Virus record (IMG/VR): IMGVR_UViG_3300017733_000025
DNA length: 32,900 nucleotides
Reading direction: 5' to 3' (one strand)
DNA from: a virus
The notes under the pieces are model-generated. The model made no database searches. It saw only the letters and a program-made list of their open reading frames with translations, and was not told where the DNA came from. Below, one piece after another: positions 23,243 to 32,182 of the stretch. The stretch's first letter is position 1. The number at the start of each line of letters is the position of its first letter. The translations under genes were made by a program, and so were the position numbers.

Positions 23243-23428
23243 ATGAAATTATTTATAAAATTAGTATTAATTTCTATATTTAACAAAAAGTATATTAATT
23301 GGAATCAATTAAGTTTAGATCTTGCTTTTTCTTTAGCGAAAACAAATCTTTTGTTTCACCCTGAAGATAAGCCATTTAATAAACTTCTTACTAATAATGA
23401 AATAAAAATATTAGTTAGCGACGATTAA
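23243..23428 (+). CDS. Hypothetical 61-aa protein with a hydrophobic N-terminus (stand-alone cassette)
   Basis: It has its own promoter motif, a GGAGG SD and a downstream terminator. N-terminal MKLFIKLVLISIF looks like a signal or TM segment. Confidence 0.5.
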   Translation: MKLFIKLVLISIFNKKYINWNQLSLDLAFSLAKTNLLFHPEDKPFNKLLTNNEIKILVSDD

Positions 23429-23449
23429 ATATATTATAAAAAGTAAAAT

Positions 23450-23476
23450 GGCGGGATCATAACTCCCGCCATTTTT
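23450..23476. terminator. Bidirectional intrinsic terminator between convergent units
   Basis: 7-bp stem GGCGGGA/TCCCGCC with a 7-nt loop, T-run downstream on the plus strand and A-run upstream. Serves both the plus-strand cassette and the end of the late operon. Confidence 0.65.
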
Positions 23477-23569
23477 GTGTCCTAACAAGTGTCCAATTTG
23501 TCGTCAAACACAAAGCATAATCAAAGATGAAAAGCGTTCTTTCTTTTTTGCTTATACTTATTTTTAAGC

Positions 23570-23752
23570 TTACATCAATATAGTTATAAGAGTAGCAATA
23601 GATATTCCTGCAATGATCCAACCATAAATCTCTTGCCGTGTTGGTCGCGTTGCTAAATCTTTCTGTATTTGATCTAGTTTCTCAAATAATTTCTCTATGT
23701 CTTTCATAACTTTATTGATCATTTCTTTTTGAGTATATCCGTTATCGGCCAT
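23570..23752 (-). CDS. Tail-anchored small membrane protein (XhlA-like architecture), last gene of the late operon
   Basis: N-terminal amphipathic/coiled segment plus a C-terminal TM (IYGWIIAGISIATLITILM). AAGGGG SD. Confidence 0.5.
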   Translation of the reverse strand: MADNGYTQKEMINKVMKDIEKLFEKLDQIQKDLATRPTRQEIYGWIIAGISIATLITILM

Positions 23753-23802
23753 TTAAAAGCCCCTTACAATGTAGAGAGCAACCACAACAAAGTATTTTAC
23801 AA

Positions 23803-23946
23803 CTACATTTTGCCGTCATCGTCAATCCAATCCCATTCTTTAAATTTTAAAATTTCTTTTTCTAGTTTATCAACCTTACTGATAATAAAATAAATTGATT
23901 TTAATAAAAAGTAAAATGCGACGATCCCCATAAAAATTTGTTCCAT
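23803..23946 (-). CDS. Possible 47-aa membrane protein (below the track threshold)
   Basis: Strong SD AAAGGAGG 5 nt upstream. N-terminal TM (FMGIVAFYFLLKSIYFII), then a charged tail. Confidence 0.45.
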   Translation of the reverse strand: MEQIFMGIVAFYFLLKSIYFIISKVDKLEKEILKFKEWDWIDDDGKM

Positions 23947-23957
23947 AATGTCCTCCT

Positions 23958-24479
23958 TTAATGTTGGTGCATATATGCCTCAAGATAAGTAACCCTATCT
24001 CGTAAATTATCTAACTCCCATGTTTCTAGTTGATTGTTTTCTAATGTTGTTATTTTTTTAAGTAAATCTTGCCACTCCCATTTCATCAATTCATAAGCTT
24101 GACTATCTTGTGGCGGATTGTTTAGTTCGCTTATGTATCTTGCTTGAAAATCCTCTAGTTTCCATTCAAGATCTCTAACCTCATTGTCTAAATTTTGATA
24201 ATTTGCTTTTAATGTAGTTAATTCATTTTCTAAAAATTCTGCATTGTAAGCAATTTGTTCAAGCGCGTATATTTTTTCATATAATACAGCAATGTCATTT
24301 GATACCATTGTGCTTTCTTTTAATTGATAAAATTCATATTCTATGTTATTCATGCGGTCGTCAATACCCGTTAAAGTATTAACAATGTTTGTAACTGATT
24401 GAAACCCCGCGCCTATTGATCCAAGTAACGTTATACCCGTTACAACTAAGGCTAGATTATCTTTTAATTTTTTGATCAT
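23958..24479 (-). CDS. N-terminally anchored coiled-coil protein (i-spanin-like architecture; function unproven)
   Basis: TM segment LALVVTGITLLGSIGAGF followed by ~140 aa of heptad-like, Glu/Leu/Asn-rich sequence. Confidence 0.5.
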   Translation of the reverse strand: MIKKLKDNLALVVTGITLLGSIGAGFQSVTNIVNTLTGIDDRMNNIEYEFYQLKESTMVSNDIAVLYEKIYALEQIAYNAEFLENELTTLKANYQNLDNEVRDLEWKLEDFQARYISELNNPPQDSQAYELMKWEWQDLLKKITTLENNQLETWELDNLRDRVTYLEAYMHQH

Positions 24480-24583
24480 TATATCTTACAAGAATCTCCG
24501 CAATCGTCATTAAATTCTTGAGAAGTATCTACAAATTGTGGGTTGTCGGTTATAAAATTTTCGGGTAATTCAAACTCGCCCAT
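24479..24583 (-). CDS. Possible 34-aa acidic micro-ORF
   Basis: TAATG coupling at both ends. MGEFELPENFITDNPQFVDTSQEFNDDCGDSCKI. Confidence 0.3.
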   Translation of the reverse strand: MGEFELPENFITDNPQFVDTSQEFNDDCGDSCKI

Positions 24584-24621
24584 TACCTACCACCACAACA
24601 ACCATTACCACAACAGTCCAT
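24583..24621 (-). CDS. Possible 12-aa Cys/Gly micro-ORF (MDCCGNGCCGGR)
   Basis: GGAGGA SD 5 nt upstream of the ATG, and the stop overlaps the next ATG. Extremely short, so speculative. Confidence 0.2.
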   Translation of the reverse strand: MDCCGNGCCGGR

Positions 24622-24623
24622 TG

Positions 24624-24836
24624 TTATCCTCCTAGTTTTATTAAGATCTCGGTAATTGCTGAATTTAGCTCTTGCTCTCTCATTGCAAGAGAAATTAAAT
24701 CATCTTTTGCGTCGTTAATTTGTACGATTAAAACGGCAACTTCTTGTTGTAGATCATTCACGGTTTTAAAAAGCCAAGCTACAAGACCCGCTAGACCGCC
24801 CTGTAATATTTGATTTAAATTAACAGTTGCTTTCAT
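24624..24836 (-). CDS. Small membrane-associated/coiled-coil protein (70 aa)
   Basis: Hydrophobic segment GGLAGLVAWLF, then a heptad-like segment. Overlaps the holin-like gene by 1 nt. Confidence 0.55.
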   Translation of the reverse strand: MKATVNLNQILQGGLAGLVAWLFKTVNDLQQEVAVLIVQINDAKDDLISLAMREQELNSAITEILIKLGG

Positions 24837-25054
24837 TAATCCTCAAATGTTGCCTTTGGTTTATATTGCTCTAAAGCGTGTTGAATCACGGTTATAAATG
24901 AACTTAAAAAAGCTACGCCAAGTAATTCAAATAATTGAGCGTCTATAATTCCCGTTGAATTTGCTAAGTATAGTGAAAGCGCAGATTGCAGTCCCGTACG
25001 AAATGCTTTTGAAAACATAAATTTCCAATATGCTTTCCAATTATTTTTTTTCAT
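24836..25054 (-). CDS. Holin-like protein (r1t/LL-H-like pattern)
   Basis: 72 aa. KAFRTGLQSALSLYLA plus a second hydrophobic helix LLGVAFLSSFITVI, sited downstream of the putative hydrolase. Confidence 0.5.
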   Translation of the reverse strand: MKKNNWKAYWKFMFSKAFRTGLQSALSLYLANSTGIIDAQLFELLGVAFLSSFITVIQHALEQYKPKATFED

Positions 25055-25185
25055 TCTTCCTCCAATATTGAGATTTGTTTTTTATTATACTTGGAGCATT
25101 CTTTGTTTCTACAATGGAAACCTTTATTTTTATTATTATAGTCCCATTGTAAAAAATTTTTACATTCGGGACAAGATATTTTCAA
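25051..25185 (-). CDS. Zinc-ribbon mini-protein (44 aa, TTG start, below the track threshold)
   Basis: GGAGG lies 4 nt before the TTG. KISCPECK...FHCRNKEC. The stop overlaps the holin-like ATG. Confidence 0.4.
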   Translation of the reverse strand: MKISCPECKNFLQWDYNNKNKGFHCRNKECSKYNKKQISILEEE

Positions 25186-25193
25186 TTTACCTC

Positions 25194-25796
25194 CTAAAGA
25201 GGTGCAATTCCTTTTGTTATGTAATTTTTTATTAAATTAGTATTACTATAAATTTGATCTAACTTTTCTTTATAATTTGGTGTTAAATAATCATCATTTG
25301 ACGCTTTGTTGTCGTTGTTGGAATCTCCATAATTTGTGGTTAAATTTATTGCGGTTATTTCTAGAGTTACTTTTTCTCCTGCATTCATAGATTTTGCAAT
25401 TTTGTCGTAGAATTTTTTATATGCGTTTCTGCTAGATCCAATAAACCCGTCTTTGCTAACATCTAAATCTTGTTGAGTATCACCTACAAGAACGCAACCC
25501 GCCGAATTTTCGTCGGTGTTACCACTATGAAAAAGCACCCATTTAAAGTTTGGAATATCTTTAATTTCTAACATTCCGAAATGATCCGCGCCATAACGCG
25601 CAGAATATTTATTGTGAAATCCGCCCTCTTTTCTAAATTCTACGGGATATGTTCCGTAAGGAATAGCGGTCTCTCCATATACTTTAACGTCGCGTATTTC
25701 GTCCTCTAGCGTATAACATTCAAAGACGCCGTCTATAAATAGCATTCCATTTGTTGCGTCATTACCAAATTGATGACGAATAAGATTAATTTTCAT
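25194..25796 (-). CDS. DUF5675-like protein, putative cell-wall hydrolase
   Basis: TNGMLF..G.FECYTLED...IPYGTYPV...LEIKDIPNFKWVLFHSGNTDENSAGCVLVG matches my recollection of the DUF5675 consensus. Sits at the head of the membrane-protein (lysis) cluster. Confidence 0.5.
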   Translation of the reverse strand: MKINLIRHQFGNDATNGMLFIDGVFECYTLEDEIRDVKVYGETAIPYGTYPVEFRKEGGFHNKYSARYGADHFGMLEIKDIPNFKWVLFHSGNTDENSAGCVLVGDTQQDLDVSKDGFIGSSRNAYKKFYDKIAKSMNAGEKVTLEITAINLTTNYGDSNNDNKASNDDYLTPNYKEKLDQIYSNTNLIKNYITKGIAPL

Positions 25797-26098
25797 TATT
25801 CAGGCTTTGGATTATCGGCTTTGACTTGAGCAATGTGATCTTTCCAATTTGTAGTTTCATTAACACCGTCCCAATATTGCATGTCTAGTTGTTCTCCTAT
25901 TGGTAAATAAGCATTTTGTCTTGCCTCAATGTAGCCAAATTGTTGGTCATTCCATTTAGAATTACCTAAATCTATCTTCGCTTGTGCGTAATCATCATCA
26001 GAAAATTCTGATACAATTCCATTTACTGATTTATTAATTGGTTTAGCGTCCTCAATTTCTTGGTCTGCTAACGCTTGTAGTTCTTCTTTAGTAGCCAT
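25796..26098 (-). CDS. Hypothetical acidic protein (100 aa)
   Basis: ORF between the distal tail paralogues and the hydrolase. Function unknown. Confidence 0.65.
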   Translation of the reverse strand: MATKEELQALADQEIEDAKPINKSVNGIVSEFSDDDYAQAKIDLGNSKWNDQQFGYIEARQNAYLPIGEQLDMQYWDGVNETTNWKDHIAQVKADNPKPE

Positions 26099-26127
26099 AT
26101 TTTTATCCTATCATATATTAATTGGTT

Positions 26128-26661
26128 TTATTCTTTTAATCCATATAAAACAAAATTGCCTTTTGTTATATTACTTGTATCAAAATATATTAGTATCCCG
26201 TCAACAGTAGTCAGTTCCTTTAATATTGCTCCCTCAAATTGCCCCAACATTAATTTCGTGCCACCGTCTGATAAATAATTGTTATATATAACCATTTTCG
26301 TGTTATCACCGCTGTCGTTAGCAGAATATATATACGCAACACCGTGATGACCTGAAGTACTAGAATTGTCCGTTGAGCCCGACATACTTATTTGATTTCT
26401 ACCCGCAAGTCCTAAGTTATTGTATTGAGAAGAAATAAAAGATTGATCGGTTCTTGCATAAGCAAGTCCCATAACATAATTACTATTTGAGTTGCCCGTA
26501 CCGCTTTGCGTAAATCTTCCCATTAAATCTGCACCGCCTGTAGCAGGAACTACATCAGAATAATATAAAACACAAGTATTATAATCACTTGTTATTCCCG
26601 TTAATGTAACCGATCCGCTATTACTAGCAGTAGCCGTACTTAATTGAACAAAATTACTCAT
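26128..26661 (-). CDS. Distal tail paralogue 3 (177 aa), candidate receptor-binding/decoration protein
   Basis: Shares blocks with the two upstream ORFs (G-x-G-x-x-Y-I/V; ...DG-I/F...G-x-hydrophobic-x-L/V-YG-hydrophobic at the C-terminus). Confidence 0.5.
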   Translation of the reverse strand: MSNFVQLSTATASNSGSVTLTGITSDYNTCVLYYSDVVPATGGADLMGRFTQSGTGNSNSNYVMGLAYARTDQSFISSQYNNLGLAGRNQISMSGSTDNSSTSGHHGVAYIYSANDSGDNTKMVIYNNYLSDGGTKLMLGQFEGAILKELTTVDGILIYFDTSNITKGNFVLYGLKE

Positions 26662-27179
26662 AATATTCCATATACTACTAGCTTACCGCCACCAATACGA
26701 CTTGCAGTTTCGTTCATATCAACAACAATTCCGTCATAAGAAGTTGTGTTTTGTATTCTACCAATCCCAAAAATAGCTCTATGGTTATCACTAGCATATT
26801 CTGTACTCTCCCAAATACAAGCAGAAGTAAATGCTTGAAATGGATTGCCTACATAAACAACACCATTACCCGCTCTACCGCTATCGTCTGCACCTGCAAA
26901 GGTATTCGTCCAACGAGTATCGCTTGTACTTCTACTATCACTAAAACTCGCCTCCGCTTTTAACCTATATAGTGCATACTCATAAACGCCACCGCTTTCA
27001 ACGCTACCGTCAGACGCTTTTACTAATCTGATATTTACGCCTGTATCAGTTGAGTTCTCTCCAACTATTCCAACGCCAACTATTTTATATAAAGAAAAAT
27101 CAGCAGAAAATATATCATCTATCTGCATAGATTGAACTCCTGTTGTTAATGTAACTGATTTAATTTTTTCTATACTCAT
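26658..27179 (-). CDS. Distal tail paralogue 2 (173 aa)
   Basis: Same conserved blocks, with ATGA overlaps to both neighbours. Confidence 0.5.
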   Translation of the reverse strand: MSIEKIKSVTLTTGVQSMQIDDIFSADFSLYKIVGVGIVGENSTDTGVNIRLVKASDGSVESGGVYEYALYRLKAEASFSDSRSTSDTRWTNTFAGADDSGRAGNGVVYVGNPFQAFTSACIWESTEYASDNHRAIFGIGRIQNTTSYDGIVVDMNETASRIGGGKLVVYGIL

Positions 27180-27748
27180 AAAGTAACCCCATATAAAGAA
27201 ATTGTTCCCGTAAGATTACTACCACTATTTAAACCTAATATTCTAAATCCATTAACCGTGCTTTTTTGATCCATAGTTCCACCTCCGTGTGATTTGAATA
27301 AATTATTTGAGTTGTTAAGTCCTGTAAAATGTGTGCTTATAGAAGTATATAAGTTGCTATCCCCTGCGTTGTATATGTAAAAATAACCACTACCACCCTT
27401 ACCATTTGCGCTTGCCGAACTTTCGCCAATCTCAATTGCGGTTGCTGAAGTACTATTAGCATGTATATCTGCGTTACTATCTTCGTTATTGCCCTGCGAC
27501 AAAATTGTAAATAGACTTTTTTTATAAACGCTACTGCTCTCGACCGTTCCACCCTCTATAAATCTACAACCAAACTCTTCATAGCTTGCTCCTTTAAGAG
27601 TATATGTTACAAAATGAATTTTATACTTACTCTCATTAATGCTTGTAAAATCTATATTTGCAACTGCACTAGGTGTTTGTGTTTGAATTAATACTAAATC
27701 TTGAACTGCACCACCGCTTAAACCAAATCTTGCACTACCTAAAGGCAT
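27176..27748 (-). CDS. Distal tail paralogue 1 (190 aa)
   Basis: Same conserved blocks. Follows the fibre-like gene. Confidence 0.5.
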   Translation of the reverse strand: MPLGSARFGLSGGAVQDLVLIQTQTPSAVANIDFTSINESKYKIHFVTYTLKGASYEEFGCRFIEGGTVESSSVYKKSLFTILSQGNNEDSNADIHANSTSATAIEIGESSASANGKGGSGYFYIYNAGDSNLYTSISTHFTGLNNSNNLFKSHGGGTMDQKSTVNGFRILGLNSGSNLTGTISLYGVTL

Positions 27749-27756
27749 AAAGGCTC

Positions 27757-28467
27757 CTAACTAAATTCTTGTAATGCGTTTATTAGTGGAGTTCCCGCGT
27801 CAAAAAATAAGAAAGTAACTAAATCAATTGCATTTGCACCCGACGAAACGGTGTATCCTCCACCGCCCGCAGTTTTTCCCGTTACATGACCTCCGCCATT
27901 TATTGTTATTTGATTAATTGCAACCGTTTTTGCACTAGACGCGTGTTGCGTTATTTGTAATGTAAATGTTGATACCCCATTTGTTGCAACGTTTGTAAAA
28001 TCTATATCGGTTATATTTTCCGTTAATGTTATTGATCCCGTATTTCCGTTAGCTAAATTTATTGCAATAGCGTTTGATGATGAAGTTAAAGCAACGTCTG
28101 TTTCTGCATAATCCTTAAGAACTATTGCGCTTGCTACTTGGTCTGCAAAGGCAACCTCGCTATCAATAGCTAAATTAACCGTCACGGCGCCCGATACACC
28201 ACCGCCCGAGAGATTTGTTCCCGCTGTAACCCCCGTAATATCACCCTCGCCTATAAAATTAACCCAAGAACTTCCGTCATAAAATTGTAAAGTATTTGAA
28301 TCTTTTAGAAAACAAAACATTCCCTCCGCGTCGCTTGTACCAAGCGCTGTATCACGTGCGGAAGAATCCGCATATACTTGAACAACTTGGTCTTGTATAA
28401 ACGTTTGAAATTCCGTTGCGCTTATTAAATCTCCTTTAGAGTAACTTTTCCAACCCGCGCCCGCCAT
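27757..28467 (-). CDS. Tail fibre / minor tail protein
   Basis: N-terminal ISATEFQTFIQDQV..YADSSARDTALG..AEGMFCFLKDSNTLQFYDGSSW is the conserved N-terminal module of many siphovirus (notably actinophage) minor tail/fibre proteins. Gly/Thr/Asn-rich beta-type C-terminus. Confidence 0.6.
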   Translation of the reverse strand: MAGAGWKSYSKGDLISATEFQTFIQDQVVQVYADSSARDTALGTSDAEGMFCFLKDSNTLQFYDGSSWVNFIGEGDITGVTAGTNLSGGGVSGAVTVNLAIDSEVAFADQVASAIVLKDYAETDVALTSSSNAIAINLANGNTGSITLTENITDIDFTNVATNGVSTFTLQITQHASSAKTVAINQITINGGGHVTGKTAGGGGYTVSSGANAIDLVTFLFFDAGTPLINALQEFS

Positions 28468-28484
28468 ATTATAAAAATTCCTTT

Positions 28485-29750
28485 CTAGCTATAAGCAAAC
28501 CTCGTGCCCTCTCCTAACTTAGCTTGTCCTAAAATCCAAGCAGATGATCCTGCGGGAGATAATGTAACCTCCCAAGACCATGATTGAGTACTAGCATTCA
28601 CGTTATGTTTTATGCTTTCAATAAATAGTTCGTCCTCTATTGTAGTCGCGTTCGGATTTTTTACAATTACCTTAATACGATCTCCAAATTCTCTCCCTAA
28701 TGCTTGTGGCCATATTGCCGTGTTTTGTCTTGGGTTTGCAACTAATCTATCAAACCTCAAAATAGGTAAAGAGGTTTCTGCAATTTTTTGTTCTATTAAA
28801 GATAATACGTTTGCGTCGCTCGTGTTTAATGTAGTTTTTGCCGAGCTTTTTGCGGTGTATCTTATAACGCTATCTGCGTCCGATATATATTGAGTTGATC
28901 CGCCCGATCTAGTCCATTCATAAACATTAATAATCTCATTGTCATCAAAAGACAAAGAAACGTCGCTATACGGCAAGTTAGTCCCCGTGTTACTAAACGT
29001 CGCTTGTACATTGACCGCGTTTGTATTAGAAAGTCTGTAATCTCTATTTCTAAATGTTGCCTTTCCGTCTTTACTAATAAAAAATTGAGCATTCTCAGAT
29101 ATTTCACATTCTCGTAAAGCAGACAAAACATTATCCGTTAATGATTGACTTGTTACGTTTAAAGTACCCGTGTTTATATCTCGTCTATTTGACGGCCACC
29201 CGATTGCGTTTAATATTCTTGTTATCCTAGCTGATGATAATTCCGTTTCGTCTTCGTAACCTATTCTTGTTGTTTGGCCTAAATTACTGAATCCCGCTCG
29301 CCCTAAACGCCACGACCGAGTATCAAGTAATTGAGATTGAAATAATTTAAAAGCGTCTGATCCGCTAAAGGTAACAATTGAATCTTGACCCTGAGCGGTA
29401 AATTTAACGGGGATATTTGTTAAAAATCCCTCAAATATGACATAGGTTGATGAGCTATATGTTGCTGAAATTTTAAATCTTTTCAATGGTTGTATTTTTG
29501 TTCTTGAGTTTGTTGAGTCGTAGTATGGAGAACTTGTATTACTTGGATTAAATCTATTATCGGCGTTAGATAAAAGTATTTCAGCAGACCCGCTTACAAA
29601 TTGACCGAGTTCGTTTTGACGCCCTCTAGTTGTATTAAATGCTCTAACATATTCGCTAACGTCTGTAAATGATTGAGATTCCTCAAAAGGCTCGCTATCA
29701 AACGCAATTTCAACAGTAATATTGACATTACTATCAAAAGCAACGCTCAT
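28485..29750 (-). CDS. Distal tail (Dit-like) / minor tail protein
   Basis: 421 aa, immediately after the tape measure with a 4-nt overlap. N-terminal VEIAFDS.P...F.DVS.YVR.F.T.RGRQNEL...LSNADNRFNP resembles phage tail family / minor tail proteins. Confidence 0.6.
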   Translation of the reverse strand: MSVAFDSNVNITVEIAFDSEPFEESQSFTDVSEYVRAFNTTRGRQNELGQFVSGSAEILLSNADNRFNPSNTSSPYYDSTNSRTKIQPLKRFKISATYSSSTYVIFEGFLTNIPVKFTAQGQDSIVTFSGSDAFKLFQSQLLDTRSWRLGRAGFSNLGQTTRIGYEDETELSSARITRILNAIGWPSNRRDINTGTLNVTSQSLTDNVLSALRECEISENAQFFISKDGKATFRNRDYRLSNTNAVNVQATFSNTGTNLPYSDVSLSFDDNEIINVYEWTRSGGSTQYISDADSVIRYTAKSSAKTTLNTSDANVLSLIEQKIAETSLPILRFDRLVANPRQNTAIWPQALGREFGDRIKVIVKNPNATTIEDELFIESIKHNVNASTQSWSWEVTLSPAGSSAWILGQAKLGEGTRFAYS

Positions 29751-32182
29751 GCTAAGCCCTCAATTCCTCTATCGCTTGCTTTTTTAACGGCTATCGCAAC
29801 CGCGTCTTGTATTGATTGCTTGTCTTGTAAGGCGCCCTCAACATTTACGTTAATGTTTGTATTGTTCATAACTCGGAATGCGTCAGATCCCGCAAAGGAA
29901 GAATTTGATCCACCGCCACTTGATAGTGAAACAAATTTATCGGCTTGACCTCCGCTTGTATCAAAAACCGTTGGAGATTTTCCACCGCCACCGCCACCAA
30001 AAGACGAGGAAACAGGAGTTCCCGATAAATCAAATATCTTTTTAAATTCTAAATATAAATCTCCTAATGATCCTCCAACCGCATTAACCATTTGTTGTAA
30101 CCCCTCTTTTAATGCCCCTATTGAAGAAACGTCGGCCAATGCCTCGTCTAGTTCTTGTTTTGCAATTGCTTGCTCTAAAACATTTTCAATAGAGCGCTCG
30201 GTTGCTTTGTTTAAGTCTTTTGTTGCTTTTTCTAAATCCTCCGTTGCTTTTTTTACTTTTTCTTTTTCTCTTGCAACATCATCTAAAGCGCTTTGATAAT
30301 CCGCTTGCGCTTGCTCCTCTTGTCTTGTTGCAGAAGTACTCGCCTCAATTAATTCGTTTAATTTTTGTTTTGCTAGTTGTAGTTCTAATTGTTGAATTTT
30401 TGTTCTTTCCTCAACGTTATTTAATTTTTCAACTGCTTGTCTTTGTCTTTCAATTGCTAGTTCTTCCTCTAGCGTTACTTGTTTTGATTTTTCTTTTTCT
30501 TTGTTTAATTCGTCAAGCATGGTATCTGCTTTAATTTGAGCTAATGTTTGCTTTTCTTGAGCTTTTGTTAATTTATCTTTTGCGGATTTTTCGTCATTTT
30601 GTAATTCAATAACATTTTCTTCAATATCTTTTAATTTTTGATAGGCGCCAAGTACCTTTTGCAATAAGCCTAATGATTTTTCTTTTCTTTCCTTATTAAG
30701 TTTTATTTCTTCTTCTGTTAATTCTTTAGTAACGTCGCTTTGATCTATTAGCGCGTCGCTTACGTTCATTGATTCTATTTCGTACCTATGAGCGTTGTTA
30801 ATAGCGTCCTTTTGTACCGAGTTTAAGAAATTTTGCTCTTGCTCTAAATCTCTCATTGCTTGAGCAAAGTCTTGATGAGTTTTAATTAGCGCTTGTTCTT
30901 TCTCCTCTGCTTTTTGTTGAGCGTTGCTATATTTGTCATACTCAACACCGCCCATGCCTAAAATTAGTCCTTGCTCCTCCATAAGTTTTGTGCCCTCCGC
31001 AATTGCTTTGTTTAAATCGCTTTGTGGATCTAACACGTTTATTATGCCCTGAGCTAATCTATCAAAGAATCCAATAGCGTCCTCAAGCGCGGGAGATACT
31101 CGCTCCATTATTAACAATCCTATTTCGCCGAACTTGTCTCCAAGCACGGTTAATTGACTTTGTAAAGATCCCATTTGTTTCTCTGAAACTTCTTGAGTAG
31201 TTCCGCCCGAATCCCTCAGCGCTGATTCGTATTCTCTTATTTTGTTCGTTGATCCCGATAGAATTTTGACCGCGTCGGCTACACCTCTGTTTAGTCCTAA
31301 TTGATCCAACGTACTTGCTTTTAATTCGTCGGACATTGGTTTTAGTACTCTATCTAATTCCTCAACAATATCGGCAACATTTTTCATATTGCCCTGCGCG
31401 TCAAACATCTCAAGTCCTAGCTTTTTAAATTCATCTCCATTCTTTGCGGTTGCTCTTGGAATATCACGAAGTACTTGATTTAATTTTTCTCCACCCTCTG
31501 CGCCCTTTACACCTGCGTCCGCGAAAACTGCTAACACCGCGACGCCCTCCTCAATCTCTTTATTTACTACTTTTAAGGCCGATCCTGCTTTTGAAGTAAG
31601 CGCCTCTGAGAATTGTTGAACGCTTGCGTTTGCTAATGTATTTGCTTTCACAAGAACGTCTGTAACCCTAGTCAAATTTGTCAAGTTTTGTTGCGCGTCC
31701 GATACCGTTAGTCCTAATGCGGATTGAGCGTCTGTCGCAAGATCTGTTGCGGTGGCCATGTCAAACATACCCGCTTGAGCGAATTTTGCTACTTGAGGTA
31801 ATGCTTCAATTTGTTGCTCGGCGTCTAAACCCGCTGACGCTAGAAAGAAAAAGGATTCGGCGGTTTCTTTAGCGCTAAATGTTGTCTCTAAAGCTACTTG
31901 GCGAGCCGTACGCCCCATATCCTCTTGTTGTTCAACGGTGGCGTTCATAATGGCCAACGATTGATTCATTGCGTCATCAAAAGCAATAAATTCTTTTGTT
32001 GCGGATACTAAGGCCTTTGACATTGCTACGGCACCCGCAACAACACCAATCTTCATTGCCGTACCGAATTTCCCCAAACCTTTGGCGCTTTTATCTCCGC
32101 TATTACCAATCCCCGATAATTGACGCTTTGCTAATTCAGCGCCTTTTGTAACTATGTTTAAAACTATATTTGATACGGCCAT
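29747..32182 (-). CDS. Tail tape measure protein
   Basis: 811 aa, the largest gene. Ala-rich N-terminal core (FFLASAGLDAEQ...AQAGMFD..TATDLATDA), long Glu/Lys/Gln coiled coil and a Gly-rich C-terminus. Sited after the chaperone pair. Confidence 0.85.
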   Translation of the reverse strand: MAVSNIVLNIVTKGAELAKRQLSGIGNSGDKSAKGLGKFGTAMKIGVVAGAVAMSKALVSATKEFIAFDDAMNQSLAIMNATVEQQEDMGRTARQVALETTFSAKETAESFFFLASAGLDAEQQIEALPQVAKFAQAGMFDMATATDLATDAQSALGLTVSDAQQNLTNLTRVTDVLVKANTLANASVQQFSEALTSKAGSALKVVNKEIEEGVAVLAVFADAGVKGAEGGEKLNQVLRDIPRATAKNGDEFKKLGLEMFDAQGNMKNVADIVEELDRVLKPMSDELKASTLDQLGLNRGVADAVKILSGSTNKIREYESALRDSGGTTQEVSEKQMGSLQSQLTVLGDKFGEIGLLIMERVSPALEDAIGFFDRLAQGIINVLDPQSDLNKAIAEGTKLMEEQGLILGMGGVEYDKYSNAQQKAEEKEQALIKTHQDFAQAMRDLEQEQNFLNSVQKDAINNAHRYEIESMNVSDALIDQSDVTKELTEEEIKLNKERKEKSLGLLQKVLGAYQKLKDIEENVIELQNDEKSAKDKLTKAQEKQTLAQIKADTMLDELNKEKEKSKQVTLEEELAIERQRQAVEKLNNVEERTKIQQLELQLAKQKLNELIEASTSATRQEEQAQADYQSALDDVAREKEKVKKATEDLEKATKDLNKATERSIENVLEQAIAKQELDEALADVSSIGALKEGLQQMVNAVGGSLGDLYLEFKKIFDLSGTPVSSSFGGGGGGKSPTVFDTSGGQADKFVSLSSGGGSNSSFAGSDAFRVMNNTNINVNVEGALQDKQSIQDAVAIAVKKASDRGIEGLA

